Assembly (NCBI GenBank): GCA_963695435.1
Contig: OY968788.1
Location: 54,781-118,780 of the forward strand
Reading direction: 5' to 3'
Source of the DNA: an uncultured bacterium
GTDB taxonomy: Bacteria > Patescibacteriota > Kazan-3B-28
Length of the DNA stretch: 64,000 nt
Under the pieces are notes generated by a model. The model worked only from the letters and a program-made list of their open reading frames with translations, was not told the DNA's origin and ran no database searches. Position numbers and translations under genes: made by a program. Below are positions 29,339-38,280 of the stretch, piece by piece (position 1 is the stretch's first letter; every line of letters begins with the position of its first letter).

Positions 29339-30679
29339 TTGAATAAAATCAGCTTCAATAAGCATAAATTGTTTCAATGGCTGGAGCGAGAGCTGTGTGC
29401 CGTTTTAGCAATACTAATAGTAGGGGCGGGTGTCGTATTGACGCGAGCAGGGACTACTAGTGAAGTGTTAACGACGCTAAGTGTCTTGCCGGCTGCAGGG
29501 ACAATCCAGGTGGATGTTCCTAATGGCGGAGAGAGTTGGCAGATTGGGACTAGCCAGACAATTGAGTGGATGGCAGGGGCTGGTATAGCTGATGTGAAGA
29601 TAGAGCTACAGCGGACTACAGGTGGGACTTGGGAAACGATTGTCGCAACGGTGGCAGCGAGTGACGGGAGTTATCCATGGACCGTAACTGGTTCGGCAAC
29701 CACTACAGCAATTGTTAAAATTAGCGATACAACCGATCCATTGATTACGGATGTAAGTAATGGGGTGTTTGCAATTACGGCGGCAGTTGTTCCCCCAGTG
29801 ACTCCTCCAACTTCTGGTGGGGGTGGTGGGCCGACTTTACATCCGCCTTTTATTAGCAATGTACAGCCGAGTTCCTTTACAAATACAACTGATGTAATTT
29901 TGGATGTGACGGGATTAAATTTTGAGTACAACACGATTTTCAAATTAGGTACTTCAGATATACGGATGTTGTGGAGCGGCAATACTTCTCATGTTCGGTT
30001 AAAAGTGCCGAGAGGTTTCAAACCTGGCAAGTATGTTTTGGCTGTGTATAACAGCGATGGTACGTTGGCGACTTGGGACAAACAAATTGAGGTTAAGGGA
30101 ATGTATTATGAAGCCGCTTTATTGAACCAGTCGAGTCGACAAATTAAATTGACTGTCGGTCAAACTGCGGAGGTTTGGGCGGATTTTGTAAATACAGGAA
30201 CTGAATCGTGGCTAACCTATACTCGTAACACTACTCGCTTGGGTACTTCTCAAAAACGCGACAGACGAAGTGTGTTTTGGCGAAGTAGCTGGGTGTTGCT
30301 CAACCGACCGGCTAATGTCCAGAAAGCAGGTCTAAGAGGCAGACAAGAGATTAGGCCGGGAGAGACTGGTAGGTTTATTTTTAAGGTGAAAGCTCCGAGC
30401 AAGTCGGGAAATTATGTGGAGTATTTTTCACCAGTAGCAGAATATCTCCAATGGATGGATGCGACAGTATCTTGGGAAATTGTTGTTACAGCTAAGCCAA
30501 CGACTAAGGTTCCAACCACAAGTCAATCTACGATTGGTAGTAAAAGTGTTAGTTGGCCGACATTTGGTCTTCCCGAAGGACCATTAGATTTTTACGACAG
30601 AACCGAGGGATTCTTGTGTGATTTAGGTGGATTATTTAATCGGCTTCTAGGCGGATTTAAAAGTTTGTGGGGTAACTAA
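29339..30679 (+). CDS. Surface protein with an N-terminal transmembrane anchor, a Kre9/KNH-like Ig-fold domain (G.SW..G....I.W), Gly/Pro linkers and a C-terminal Ig-like repeat shared with the SpoIID protein
   Basis: It has a TTG start. PNGGESWQIGTSQTIEW...YPWTV is present, as are the PPVTPPTSGGGGGP linker and a NTG..W...F.VKAPSKSGNYVEYF module. Confidence 0.55.
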   Translation: MNKISFNKHKLFQWLERELCAVLAILIVGAGVVLTRAGTTSEVLTTLSVLPAAGTIQVDVPNGGESWQIGTSQTIEWMAGAGIADVKIELQRTTGGTWETIVATVAASDGSYPWTVTGSATTTAIVKISDTTDPLITDVSNGVFAITAAVVPPVTPPTSGGGGGPTLHPPFISNVQPSSFTNTTDVILDVTGLNFEYNTIFKLGTSDIRMLWSGNTSHVRLKVPRGFKPGKYVLAVYNSDGTLATWDKQIEVKGMYYEAALLNQSSRQIKLTVGQTAEVWADFVNTGTESWLTYTRNTTRLGTSQKRDRRSVFWRSSWVLLNRPANVQKAGLRGRQEIRPGETGRFIFKVKAPSKSGNYVEYFSPVAEYLQWMDATVSWEIVVTAKPTTKVPTTSQSTIGSKSVSWPTFGLPEGPLDFYDRTEGFLCDLGGLFNRLLGGFKSLWGN

Positions 30680-31749
30680 TGAAAAACTTTCGACTTCACC
30701 GATTTTTGCAGTGGGTGGAGCGCGAACTATGTGCGGTATTAGCAGTAGGGATAGTTGGGCTGGGGAGTATATGGGCGATGGCCGGCACTAGTGGTACGGC
30801 AACTTTGTCAGTAACAATCTTGCCTCCGGGAGGAGAAGTTATTTCGGTGACAACGCCTAACGGCGGAGAGAGTTGGACAGTGGGTACTAGTCAAAGTATC
30901 ACTTGGACTGCTACGGTGACAATTACGGATGTCAAAATTGAATTACAGCGTTCGGTTGGAGGAGCTTGGGAAACAATAGTTGCATCAACTACTAATGATG
31001 GAACTTATTCATGGACAGTTGCAGGGTCTGCTACAACAGCAGCAAATATACGAATTAGCAAAGTCGGAGATGCTTCGGTTAATGATGTAAGTAATGCGAT
31101 ATTTAGTATAGTTGCGGCAGGCGGCGGTGGTGGAGGAGGGATTACTCAACCAGTTCCTCAACCCGTAGCGCCTCCAGTCGTAGAGGTGTGGCAAGCGTCT
31201 GATTATCGGGCACGGGTGATTCAACAAACCTATGCTCTTGTCTTATTGCCAGAAGAGGAAGCGACGATAACAATAAGACTTTTGAATACAGGTCGGGCGA
31301 CTTGGTATGGTAATGGCGTTTCCAACCCGATTCGATTGGGAGTTGTGGGTGACGACCCCAGTACGCTATCGGCTGACGCTTGGATAAAATTTAATCGTGC
31401 GGCAGCAATAGAGTCGAATGATGTTCTTGGAGCGGTTCAGCCGAAAGAAGAGGGGTGGTTCACTTTGAAAATACAGGCTCCATTAAAGCCGGGTGTTTAT
31501 CGTGAACAGTTTGCGGTAGTCGCAGAGTATCTTACTTGGCTATCTAATACAAAAGTTAATGTAAAAGTGACGGTGCCAGCCCCTAAGGTAATCGCAAAGA
31601 AGACTTCGTCTAAAGTTACTCCAACAACCCCGACTACTCCAAAGACTATAAAAGGAACCGTCCCGCAAAAGGAAGGTTGGTTGGCCACGGTATGGCATTG
31701 GATATTAAATAAAGCGGTAGCTGCGGTGAAAGCTGCGACTACACATTAA
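30679..31749 (+). CDS. Paralogous surface protein (same transmembrane anchor + Kre9/KNH-like domain + GGGGGGGG linker + Ig-like repeat)
   Basis: MKNFRLHRFLQWVERELCAVLAV aligns with the upstream paralog. PNGGESWTVGTSQSITW is shared. The start overlaps the stop of the previous gene. Confidence 0.55.
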   Translation: MKNFRLHRFLQWVERELCAVLAVGIVGLGSIWAMAGTSGTATLSVTILPPGGEVISVTTPNGGESWTVGTSQSITWTATVTITDVKIELQRSVGGAWETIVASTTNDGTYSWTVAGSATTAANIRISKVGDASVNDVSNAIFSIVAAGGGGGGGITQPVPQPVAPPVVEVWQASDYRARVIQQTYALVLLPEEEATITIRLLNTGRATWYGNGVSNPIRLGVVGDDPSTLSADAWIKFNRAAAIESNDVLGAVQPKEEGWFTLKIQAPLKPGVYREQFAVVAEYLTWLSNTKVNVKVTVPAPKVIAKKTSSKVTPTTPTTPKTIKGTVPQKEGWLATVWHWILNKAVAAVKAATTH

Positions 31750-32833
31750 AGCGGAAGAGGAGGACATCGCCATCTTTGACGATGTATTCTTTTCCTTCGC
31801 TTCGAACTTTGCCTGCTTGTTTGGCACCAACCCAGCCGCCATTATTTACAAAGTCGTCATATGCGACGGTTTCGGCGCGGATGAATCCTTTGGTGAAATC
31901 GGTGTGAATTGCGCCGGCGGCAATTGGGGCGGTGTCGCCATTGTGAATTGTCCAACCGCGAGTTTCTTTTTCACCGGCGGTTAAAAAGGTAATGAGGCCA
32001 AGTAGTTTGTAGCCAGCTCGGATTACTTTATCCAAACCCGATTCGGTGATGCCGGCTTCGCGGAGATAGTCGATGCGTTCATCAACACTTAGTTCGGTCA
32101 CTTCGGCTTCAGTCTTGGCATCAATGGCAATGATTTCGGCATTGTCTTTTAGGGCAAGTTCGCGAAGGGGAGCGAGAAGAGTGTCAGCGTCTTTGATTTG
32201 AGCTCCATCAATGTTAGCGACATAAAGAATTGGTTTGGCGGAAATTAGCTGAAGTTCTTTTAGCCAAACTGGCTCCTCTCCGGTAAGGGTTAGGGAGCGA
32301 GCTGAAAATCCATCGCCCAAATGTTTTTGTACTTTCAGGAAGAAATCAACTTTGGGTTGGAGTTTAGCATCACCGCGGGCGGCCTTTTCTTCTTTGGGGA
32401 GCCGTTTTTCAATATTCTGGAGGTCGGCCAAAATTAGCTCGGTGTTGATGATTTCAATATCATCTTTTGGATTAATCCCGCCACTGACATGGGTGACATT
32501 GCTGTCGGCAAATAGTCGAACTACTTCGACTATAGCGTCTGTTTCTCTAACATGGGATAGAAATTGATTGCCCAAACCTTCACCCTGACTAGCGCCCCTA
32601 ACGAGTCCTGCGATATCAACGAATTCAACAGTTGCGGGAACGATTTGAGCGGAGTGTTCGAGCTCGGCGAGTTTGGCAAGTCGAGCGTCTGGGACTGGGA
32701 CAATGCCTGTGTTTGGTTCAATCGTACAGAATGGGAAATTGGAAGCGGCCGCTTGGTTTGCGCCAAGCAGAGCGTTGAAAAGTGTAGATTTTCCGACGTT
32801 GGGGAGACCAACGATGCCGAGTTTAAGAGACAT
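31739..32833 (-). CDS. ychF: Ribosome-binding ATPase YchF (Obg-like GTPase)
   Basis: GIVGLPNVGKSTLFNAL is the G1 motif. The C-terminus is a TGS domain. Confidence 0.9.
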   Translation of the reverse strand: MSLKLGIVGLPNVGKSTLFNALLGANQAAASNFPFCTIEPNTGIVPVPDARLAKLAELEHSAQIVPATVEFVDIAGLVRGASQGEGLGNQFLSHVRETDAIVEVVRLFADSNVTHVSGGINPKDDIEIINTELILADLQNIEKRLPKEEKAARGDAKLQPKVDFFLKVQKHLGDGFSARSLTLTGEEPVWLKELQLISAKPILYVANIDGAQIKDADTLLAPLRELALKDNAEIIAIDAKTEAEVTELSVDERIDYLREAGITESGLDKVIRAGYKLLGLITFLTAGEKETRGWTIHNGDTAPIAAGAIHTDFTKGFIRAETVAYDDFVNNGGWVGAKQAGKVRSEGKEYIVKDGDVLLFRFNV

Positions 32834-33393
32834 TACTTTGCTCTCTCTAAATATGAACCGTCACGAGTATCTACCAGAATTGTATCACCGGCATTGATAA
32901 ACATTGGAGCGCGAAGATTCATGCCGGTTTCAATTGTGATATTTTTTTGCGGGTTGGTAGCGGTATCGCCACGAACTGCCGGTTCAGCTTCAATCACTTT
33001 GAAGGGCATTTTTGCGGGCAGATTAATATTGATAGGCGAACCGTTGTAAAAAACCAAGTCAACTTCCTGACCGTCTTTAATAAAACTGCTAGCAAAACCA
33101 ATAATGGGCCCTCCGATATTGAATTGGTCAAAAGTCGTGCTATCCATAAATACAAAGTCGGTACCTTGTCGGTAAAGGAATTGAGCTTTTCGGCGTTCGA
33201 GATTCACGGGGTTGAATTTTTCGTCGCCGTGAAAAGTCCGCTCAATGTTGTTGCCGGTTAGTAAGTTTTTTAGAGTGGTTCGCAGCACAGCTCCTCCGCG
33301 TCCCATTTTGGAGTGCTGGTATTTGACTACTTCATAAGGAGCTCCTTCAAGCTCGATGTTTACGCCGGTTTTGAGATCGTTAAGAGAAAGCAT
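32833..33393 (-). CDS. efp: Elongation factor P
   Basis: The N-terminal KOW-like region and the conserved K in SKMGRGGA are present. The length is 186 aa. Confidence 0.9.
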   Translation of the reverse strand: MLSLNDLKTGVNIELEGAPYEVVKYQHSKMGRGGAVLRTTLKNLLTGNNIERTFHGDEKFNPVNLERRKAQFLYRQGTDFVFMDSTTFDQFNIGGPIIGFASSFIKDGQEVDLVFYNGSPININLPAKMPFKVIEAEPAVRGDTATNPQKNITIETGMNLRAPMFINAGDTILVDTRDGSYLERAK

Positions 33394-33531
33394 GGGATTG
33401 GGATTTTAAATTTGTGAGCAATCTCGAATTCACTTCGGATTGCGAACTCTATTTGGAAAGGGAGGCAGTGAGCGTAAGCGAGCGTCGGAAGGGAAAACCC
33501 TTGATTCTCGGGTTTTCACTCCGAGCTTATT

Positions 33532-33792
33532 TTAATGCAGGGCGTAAGGAACCAGCGCCATGTAGCGGGCGCGTTTGATTGCTACAGCCATATCACGCTG
33601 TTGCTTGGCGGTAAGACCGGAACGGCGGCGTGGTTCGATTTTCATGTAGCGAGTCATGTACCGACGGATAAGTCGGACATTTTTGTAGTCGATGTAGTTC
33701 AGCTCGTCGCTTCCCACATTGTAATTGCGTGGAGTCAGAGTGGTGACTCGGCGACGGCTTACGCTAGTAGTAGATTTTTTTGGGAATGCCAT
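33532..33792 (-). CDS. rpsR: 30S ribosomal protein S18
   Basis: IDYKNVRLIRRYMTRYMKIEPRRRSGLTAKQQRDMAVAIKRARYMALVPY matches the S18 consensus. Confidence 0.9.
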   Translation of the reverse strand: MAFPKKSTTSVSRRRVTTLTPRNYNVGSDELNYIDYKNVRLIRRYMTRYMKIEPRRRSGLTAKQQRDMAVAIKRARYMALVPYALH

Positions 33793-33813
33793 AGTTCTTT
33801 TAGAGTTATTAGT

Positions 33814-34266
33814 TTAGAAAGGAATATCTTCAATATTGATTTCATCGCTGGCGGTGCTCAAAGGATCAGAGGCGACAGCGGCAGGTTGTTCAGTTTTTTC
33901 GGAAGCGCTGTTTTGGAGCGGAGCGACTTCGCTGGCAGGTGCACGGTCGAGCAAGATTAAGTCAGAGGCAATCACTTCGGTTTTGTAGCGCTTGATTCCA
34001 TCTTGTTCCCAACTGCGAGTTTGGAAACGACCTTCGACATATGTCCGACGGCCTTTGCGGTAGATCTGGCCAACAATTTCAGCGAGCTTGCCCCAAGCCA
34101 CGATATCCATGTATTCGACAGCGTCTTGGCGATTGCCTTGGGCATCATTCCAAGAACGATTTGTGGCGACAGAGAACGAAGCGACAGTCTGTCCGCTTGG
34201 AATAGTGCGAACTTCTGGGTCGCGGGTCAGGTTCCCGATGAGCATTACTTTGTTTAGGTCACGCAT
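33814..34266 (-). CDS. ssb: Single-stranded DNA-binding protein
   Basis: An OB-fold N-terminus is followed by a flexible tail ending DIPF. Confidence 0.9.
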   Translation of the reverse strand: MRDLNKVMLIGNLTRDPEVRTIPSGQTVASFSVATNRSWNDAQGNRQDAVEYMDIVAWGKLAEIVGQIYRKGRRTYVEGRFQTRSWEQDGIKRYKTEVIASDLILLDRAPASEVAPLQNSASEKTEQPAAVASDPLSTASDEINIEDIPF

Positions 34267-34295
34267 GATATTTGAAATTAATGGCTAATATGCCT

Positions 34296-34838
34296 TTATT
34301 CTTCTTCTAGTAGTTTACCAAGCTTCTCTTCCAACTCTTTCATCCGAGTGGCTTCGTCTTTTTCGGATGGCTTAGGTGCTTCTGCGACTGGAGTTGTCGA
34401 TTTGGTGCGTGTGCGAGGAGCTGGTGTACGTCTTTCGGTGGAAGTGGTTGGGCGAGAAGGAGTGCGCTCACTTAGGGGAGCTTCTTTGAATGGGTCAACG
34501 CGTTTCATTGTTTCTGGAGTGATACCTTCCTTTTCCAAAGAAAGAGCGAGGTGGCGAATTATTTCTGGCATTAGTTTGATGTCGTGGGTGAGTTCGGCAA
34601 ACCCTGCGGTTGGATATGAAAAGACGAGGGCGGCGTAAAAGCCGAACTCGAACTTGCCGATTGGATAAGCGAGGCGCTGTTTGCCCCACATATCGGTCGA
34701 AAAGATTCGACCGCCTTTTTGGGCGATTTGATTCTGTAGTTTAGCGATTATTTTTTGGATATCCATCTCCTGTGTCTCGGGGGAGATGAGGAGGGCGATT
34801 TCGTAGTTGCTAAAGGTGATTTCTTCAGTTGTAGCCAT
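34296..34838 (-). CDS. rpsF: 30S ribosomal protein S6 with a basic/acidic C-terminal extension
   Basis: YEIALLISPE...WGKQRLAYPI is the S6 signature. The gene order rpsF-ssb-rpsR is conserved. Confidence 0.85.
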   Translation of the reverse strand: MATTEEITFSNYEIALLISPETQEMDIQKIIAKLQNQIAQKGGRIFSTDMWGKQRLAYPIGKFEFGFYAALVFSYPTAGFAELTHDIKLMPEIIRHLALSLEKEGITPETMKRVDPFKEAPLSERTPSRPTTSTERRTPAPRTRTKSTTPVAEAPKPSEKDEATRMKELEEKLGKLLEEE

Positions 34839-34962
34839 GGTTAAGAATCCTTATCTATGGTTGAGCCCTGTGGGCTTCACCCCGAGATGCTCGGGGAGTA
34901 GAAGGTTAGAGTTATATGAGAGGAGTATAAGGGATTGACCTGAACAGGTCAAGGGAGGGGTG

Positions 34963-35190
34963 CAAGGGTCTGCGCGACCCTTGTACCGCGGTTACTTTGT
35001 CTTGTCAAAGCGACGGAAACCGCTTGCCCACGTCGTCGGGCTTATTCATTGGATAAATTACCTTACCGCTTAAAGGGCAAACTCACCCGATAGCCATCGG
35101 GTTCAAACATGCCCCCGCGACGGCAATTTATCTCAATTCAGGACAGCCCTCCTCCTATGGCATGAAGACAAAAGCTCCAATGGTGGGGAG
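34963..35190 (+). repeat. Intergenic structured repeat element, copy 2 of 3 (divergent copy)
   Basis: The leader hairpins ggtctgcgcgaccc and ggttactttgtcttgtcaaag match copy 1. In the core, the closing stem arms are replaced by different but still complementary sequences (ggataaattacc / ggcaatttatct). The 3' end is aagctccaatggtgggg. Confidence 0.55.
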
Positions 35191-35244
35191 GAGAAAACAG
35201 GTATAATATGGTCAGTTAGGGGGCGGTATAGTTTTAACATTCGC

Positions 35245-35334
35245 GGAGGGTTCGCCTAGTGGTCTATGGCGCTCGCTTGGAAAGCGGGTTGGGGCGCAAG
35301 CCTCTCGAGGGTTCGAATCCCTCACCCTCCGCCA
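35245..35334 (+). tRNA. tRNA-Ser (anticodon GGA), class II
   Basis: The acceptor stem is ggagggt/accctcc. The anticodon loop is uuGGAaa. A long variable arm and CCA are present. Confidence 0.8.
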
Positions 35335-35347
35335 GAAAGGAGATAGT

Positions 35348-36094
35348 ATGTTTGTCAAAGCGATTAGGGTGGCGCAGGATGTGATGTTCCCAATTTTTGG
35401 TTGGAATCAAATTTCGCCAACCGAAGCACAGGTTGGGGTTGCAGGCACGGGCTTTTTCGTTAGTTCGGAGGGGCACTTTGTCTCTGTGGCCCATGTTTTT
35501 GATACAGGCAACACGACTACCAAATTTCTATATATAGGACGTCTACCAGAAGAAGTTCATACCCGGCTTGAAATTCAGGAGATTGCTAGAGATGACGAGA
35601 ATGATGTTTTTCTGGGCAAAGTTGATGTAAAAGGTGTCCCGTATGTGATAGTGGATTCATTGGTCCCAGATGTGGGTCGTTCGGTTTGTATTGGCGGGTA
35701 TCCTTTGGCTACAATTTCAACCAACGAAAACGGAGGTCTGCAACTTGGTGGGGTTCGTCGTTATTTTCAGCCCTCATTCGTTTTGGATAAAGCGGGGGAG
35801 TTGCTTAGTAAGGGACCAACGGGGAAAATTAGAAAACATAATGGGTATCCAGTTCGTGATGCGGGACTTTATGGTATGAGTGGTGGTCCTGTGTTTGATG
35901 CGGACGGTAATGTCGTAGGTGTTCAAGGGTCTATTATTTCTCGGGACAGTAAAAATGCGGTAGGGCAATCGATTGCTGTTCACAACGCGTTTTCATTGCA
36001 GATGAATAAGTTTGTGGATCTAATGCGCAAACACGGTGTCGGGAATAATAGGGTGGTTGACGCAGGGAGCCTAGAACCTATTTCGTCGGAATAA
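35348..36094 (+). CDS. Cytoplasmic trypsin-like (S1/chymotrypsin-fold) serine protease
   Basis: The catalytic triad context is GTGFFVS..HFVSVAHV (His), DENDVFLG (Asp) and GMSGGPVFD (Ser). No signal peptide or transmembrane segment is present. Confidence 0.6.
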   Translation: MFVKAIRVAQDVMFPIFGWNQISPTEAQVGVAGTGFFVSSEGHFVSVAHVFDTGNTTTKFLYIGRLPEEVHTRLEIQEIARDDENDVFLGKVDVKGVPYVIVDSLVPDVGRSVCIGGYPLATISTNENGGLQLGGVRRYFQPSFVLDKAGELLSKGPTGKIRKHNGYPVRDAGLYGMSGGPVFDADGNVVGVQGSIISRDSKNAVGQSIAVHNAFSLQMNKFVDLMRKHGVGNNRVVDAGSLEPISSE

Positions 36095-36096
36095 TT

Positions 36097-36507
36097 ATGA
36101 CAAACTTTATTACAAGAATATTCCCTTCTAAAGAAGTAAAAGCAGCGTTAGGAGTCATCGATGAGGCGGCTGTGATTTTTGATGACAACTTATCCTTCCC
36201 GTTAGTAATAGGCCATGTTCGGTCGATGATTCTGGCACAACCAGAGAAATTTGTATCCATAATTCAGAAGGGGCAGACTCCTCGTGCATGGGTGTATTCC
36301 GCTATTGCTAATGTGGCAAGCGACCTTGCCGAGAGTGGAAACTATCATCTTTACAGGGGTATGTTGAATCCAATCGGGCCCGGTGGTGGTTTGTTTAAAT
36401 TATATTCTGCGGCAGTTGATGAATTAGTACACCTTGGGGTTGTGGATGAAAGTTCTGCTAAAGAACATAAAGCGCAGGTGGCTCACAATATTGGTCAGGT
36501 TGGGTAA
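36097..36507 (+). CDS. Hypothetical 136-aa protein, probably translationally coupled to the protease (gap of 2 nt)
   Basis: It is an ORF with no recognisable motif and sits in a compact two-gene unit. Confidence 0.4.
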   Translation: MTNFITRIFPSKEVKAALGVIDEAAVIFDDNLSFPLVIGHVRSMILAQPEKFVSIIQKGQTPRAWVYSAIANVASDLAESGNYHLYRGMLNPIGPGGGLFKLYSAAVDELVHLGVVDESSAKEHKAQVAHNIGQVG

Positions 36508-36528
36508 GACTTTATTTGTTATTTTTTT

Positions 36529-38259
36529 ATGACGGATTTAGAGGAAATAAAGGGGAAGATTGATTTGGTCGATTTTATCGGTCGATATTTGCCGTTGAAA
36601 AAAGCGGGGACGAATTACAAAGGTTTGTGTCCTTTTCATATGGAAAAGACTCCGTCTTTTATGGTGAGCCCTGACAAGCAGATTTGGCATTGCTTTGGCT
36701 GTGGGCGGGGCGGAGATGTTTTCAAATTTGTAATGGAAAAAGAAGGAATTGGATTTGCGGAGGCCTTGCAGATGTTGGCGGAGCAGGCGGGGATTCAACT
36801 TTCTAAAGTTCCGCAGTCAGGGATTGATACTCGCAAGACTTTGATGAACATCAATGAGACGGCGGCGAGATTTTATGAAAAAGTTTTGCAGGATACTAAT
36901 GAAGGCAGAGCGGCAAAAGAATATATGGTAGGGAGGGGGATGCTGCCGGCTACATTAACGGAGTTTCGAATTGGTTTTGCGCCTAGAGGTGGGAAAGCGT
37001 TGGTGGAGTTTTTGATTCGTAAAGGTGCGAAAGAAGCGGATATTGAAAAGGCGGGGTTGGGAGTCCGTAAGGGACAATTTTTATACGATAAATTTGTGGG
37101 GCGGGTGATGTTCCCATTGTGGGATAGTCTTGGCAGGGTGGTGGCATTTACGGGACGAGTTTTGGATCCGAGTGGAATTCCTAAATATTTGAATTCACCA
37201 GAGACCCCTCTATTCCATAAAAGCGAACTGCTTTACGGGCTGCATTTGGCAAAACAGACTATCCAGCGAGAGGGACGGGTAGTTTTGGTAGAAGGGCAGA
37301 TGGATACAATTAGTTCCTATCAAGCGGGGGTGAAAAATGTGGTGGGGATTTCGGGAACGGCGCTGACGGAACAACAACTGCAAATGCTAAACCGTTACTG
37401 CAAAGAAATTGTGTTGTCGTTGGATGCGGATACTGCCGGCGGAGAAGCTACGCGTAGAGCGTTAGAGATGGCAAACAATTTTGATATGGCGATGAAAGTC
37501 GTTTTGTTAGGCGGCCACAAAGATCCCGATTCGATGATTAAGGAAAATCCTGAAAATTGGAAACGGGCGGTAGAAGAAGCAGTGCCTGTGATGGATTTCT
37601 ATTTTGATGTGGCGGCACGGAAATATAATGTTGCTAAATTAGAAGACAAGAAACAACTGACACGCGAATTGCTGTCAGTGATTACCAAAGTGAATGACCC
37701 AGTAGAACGGGATCACTATATAAAGAGGTTGGCGCGAACGGTGGACGTTGATCCGTCAATTTTGTATGACACGCTGAAAAAATCGCTGAAGCCAGCTCGT
37801 AGCTTCATGAAGCCCGTGGCCGGGGAGGCAACCGAGATGTCCCCAACTTGGCTGGAGGAGCGGGCAGTGATGCTGCCGATGTTGGCTCCCAATCTAATGT
37901 CCCAACTACTGGCGGTGGGCGGGCGGATAAAATGGGCTTCTGGACTGGCAAATACCATTTACGATGCGATGTCTTCTTGGTATACTGCCAACACAACCCT
38001 GTCAGCTGAAGATTTTTTGAAACGACTTCCCGAGCCAACTAAAACTGCTGCCTCGGAACTGATGCTAGTTTTGGAACAAGGCTATGAGGAGGTTTCTGGG
38101 GAAGATTTGGAAAAGGAACTGAAATTCTATCTTGATTTACTACTGAATCGATCAGCAACTGTCAGGAGAAATGAACTGGCAGCAGCAATCGCGGAAGCGG
38201 AAGCAAAAAATGATCAAGCAAGGGTGGCGGAGCTCCTGAAAGAACTTAATCAACTATAA
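36529..38259 (+). CDS. dnaG: DNA primase
   Basis: The zinc ribbon CPFHMEKTPSFMV...CFGCG is present, followed by a TOPRIM domain. Confidence 0.9.
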   Translation: MTDLEEIKGKIDLVDFIGRYLPLKKAGTNYKGLCPFHMEKTPSFMVSPDKQIWHCFGCGRGGDVFKFVMEKEGIGFAEALQMLAEQAGIQLSKVPQSGIDTRKTLMNINETAARFYEKVLQDTNEGRAAKEYMVGRGMLPATLTEFRIGFAPRGGKALVEFLIRKGAKEADIEKAGLGVRKGQFLYDKFVGRVMFPLWDSLGRVVAFTGRVLDPSGIPKYLNSPETPLFHKSELLYGLHLAKQTIQREGRVVLVEGQMDTISSYQAGVKNVVGISGTALTEQQLQMLNRYCKEIVLSLDADTAGGEATRRALEMANNFDMAMKVVLLGGHKDPDSMIKENPENWKRAVEEAVPVMDFYFDVAARKYNVAKLEDKKQLTRELLSVITKVNDPVERDHYIKRLARTVDVDPSILYDTLKKSLKPARSFMKPVAGEATEMSPTWLEERAVMLPMLAPNLMSQLLAVGGRIKWASGLANTIYDAMSSWYTANTTLSAEDFLKRLPEPTKTAASELMLVLEQGYEEVSGEDLEKELKFYLDLLLNRSATVRRNELAAAIAEAEAKNDQARVAELLKELNQL

Positions 38260-38280
38260 ATAGTATTTAACTGACTTTCT

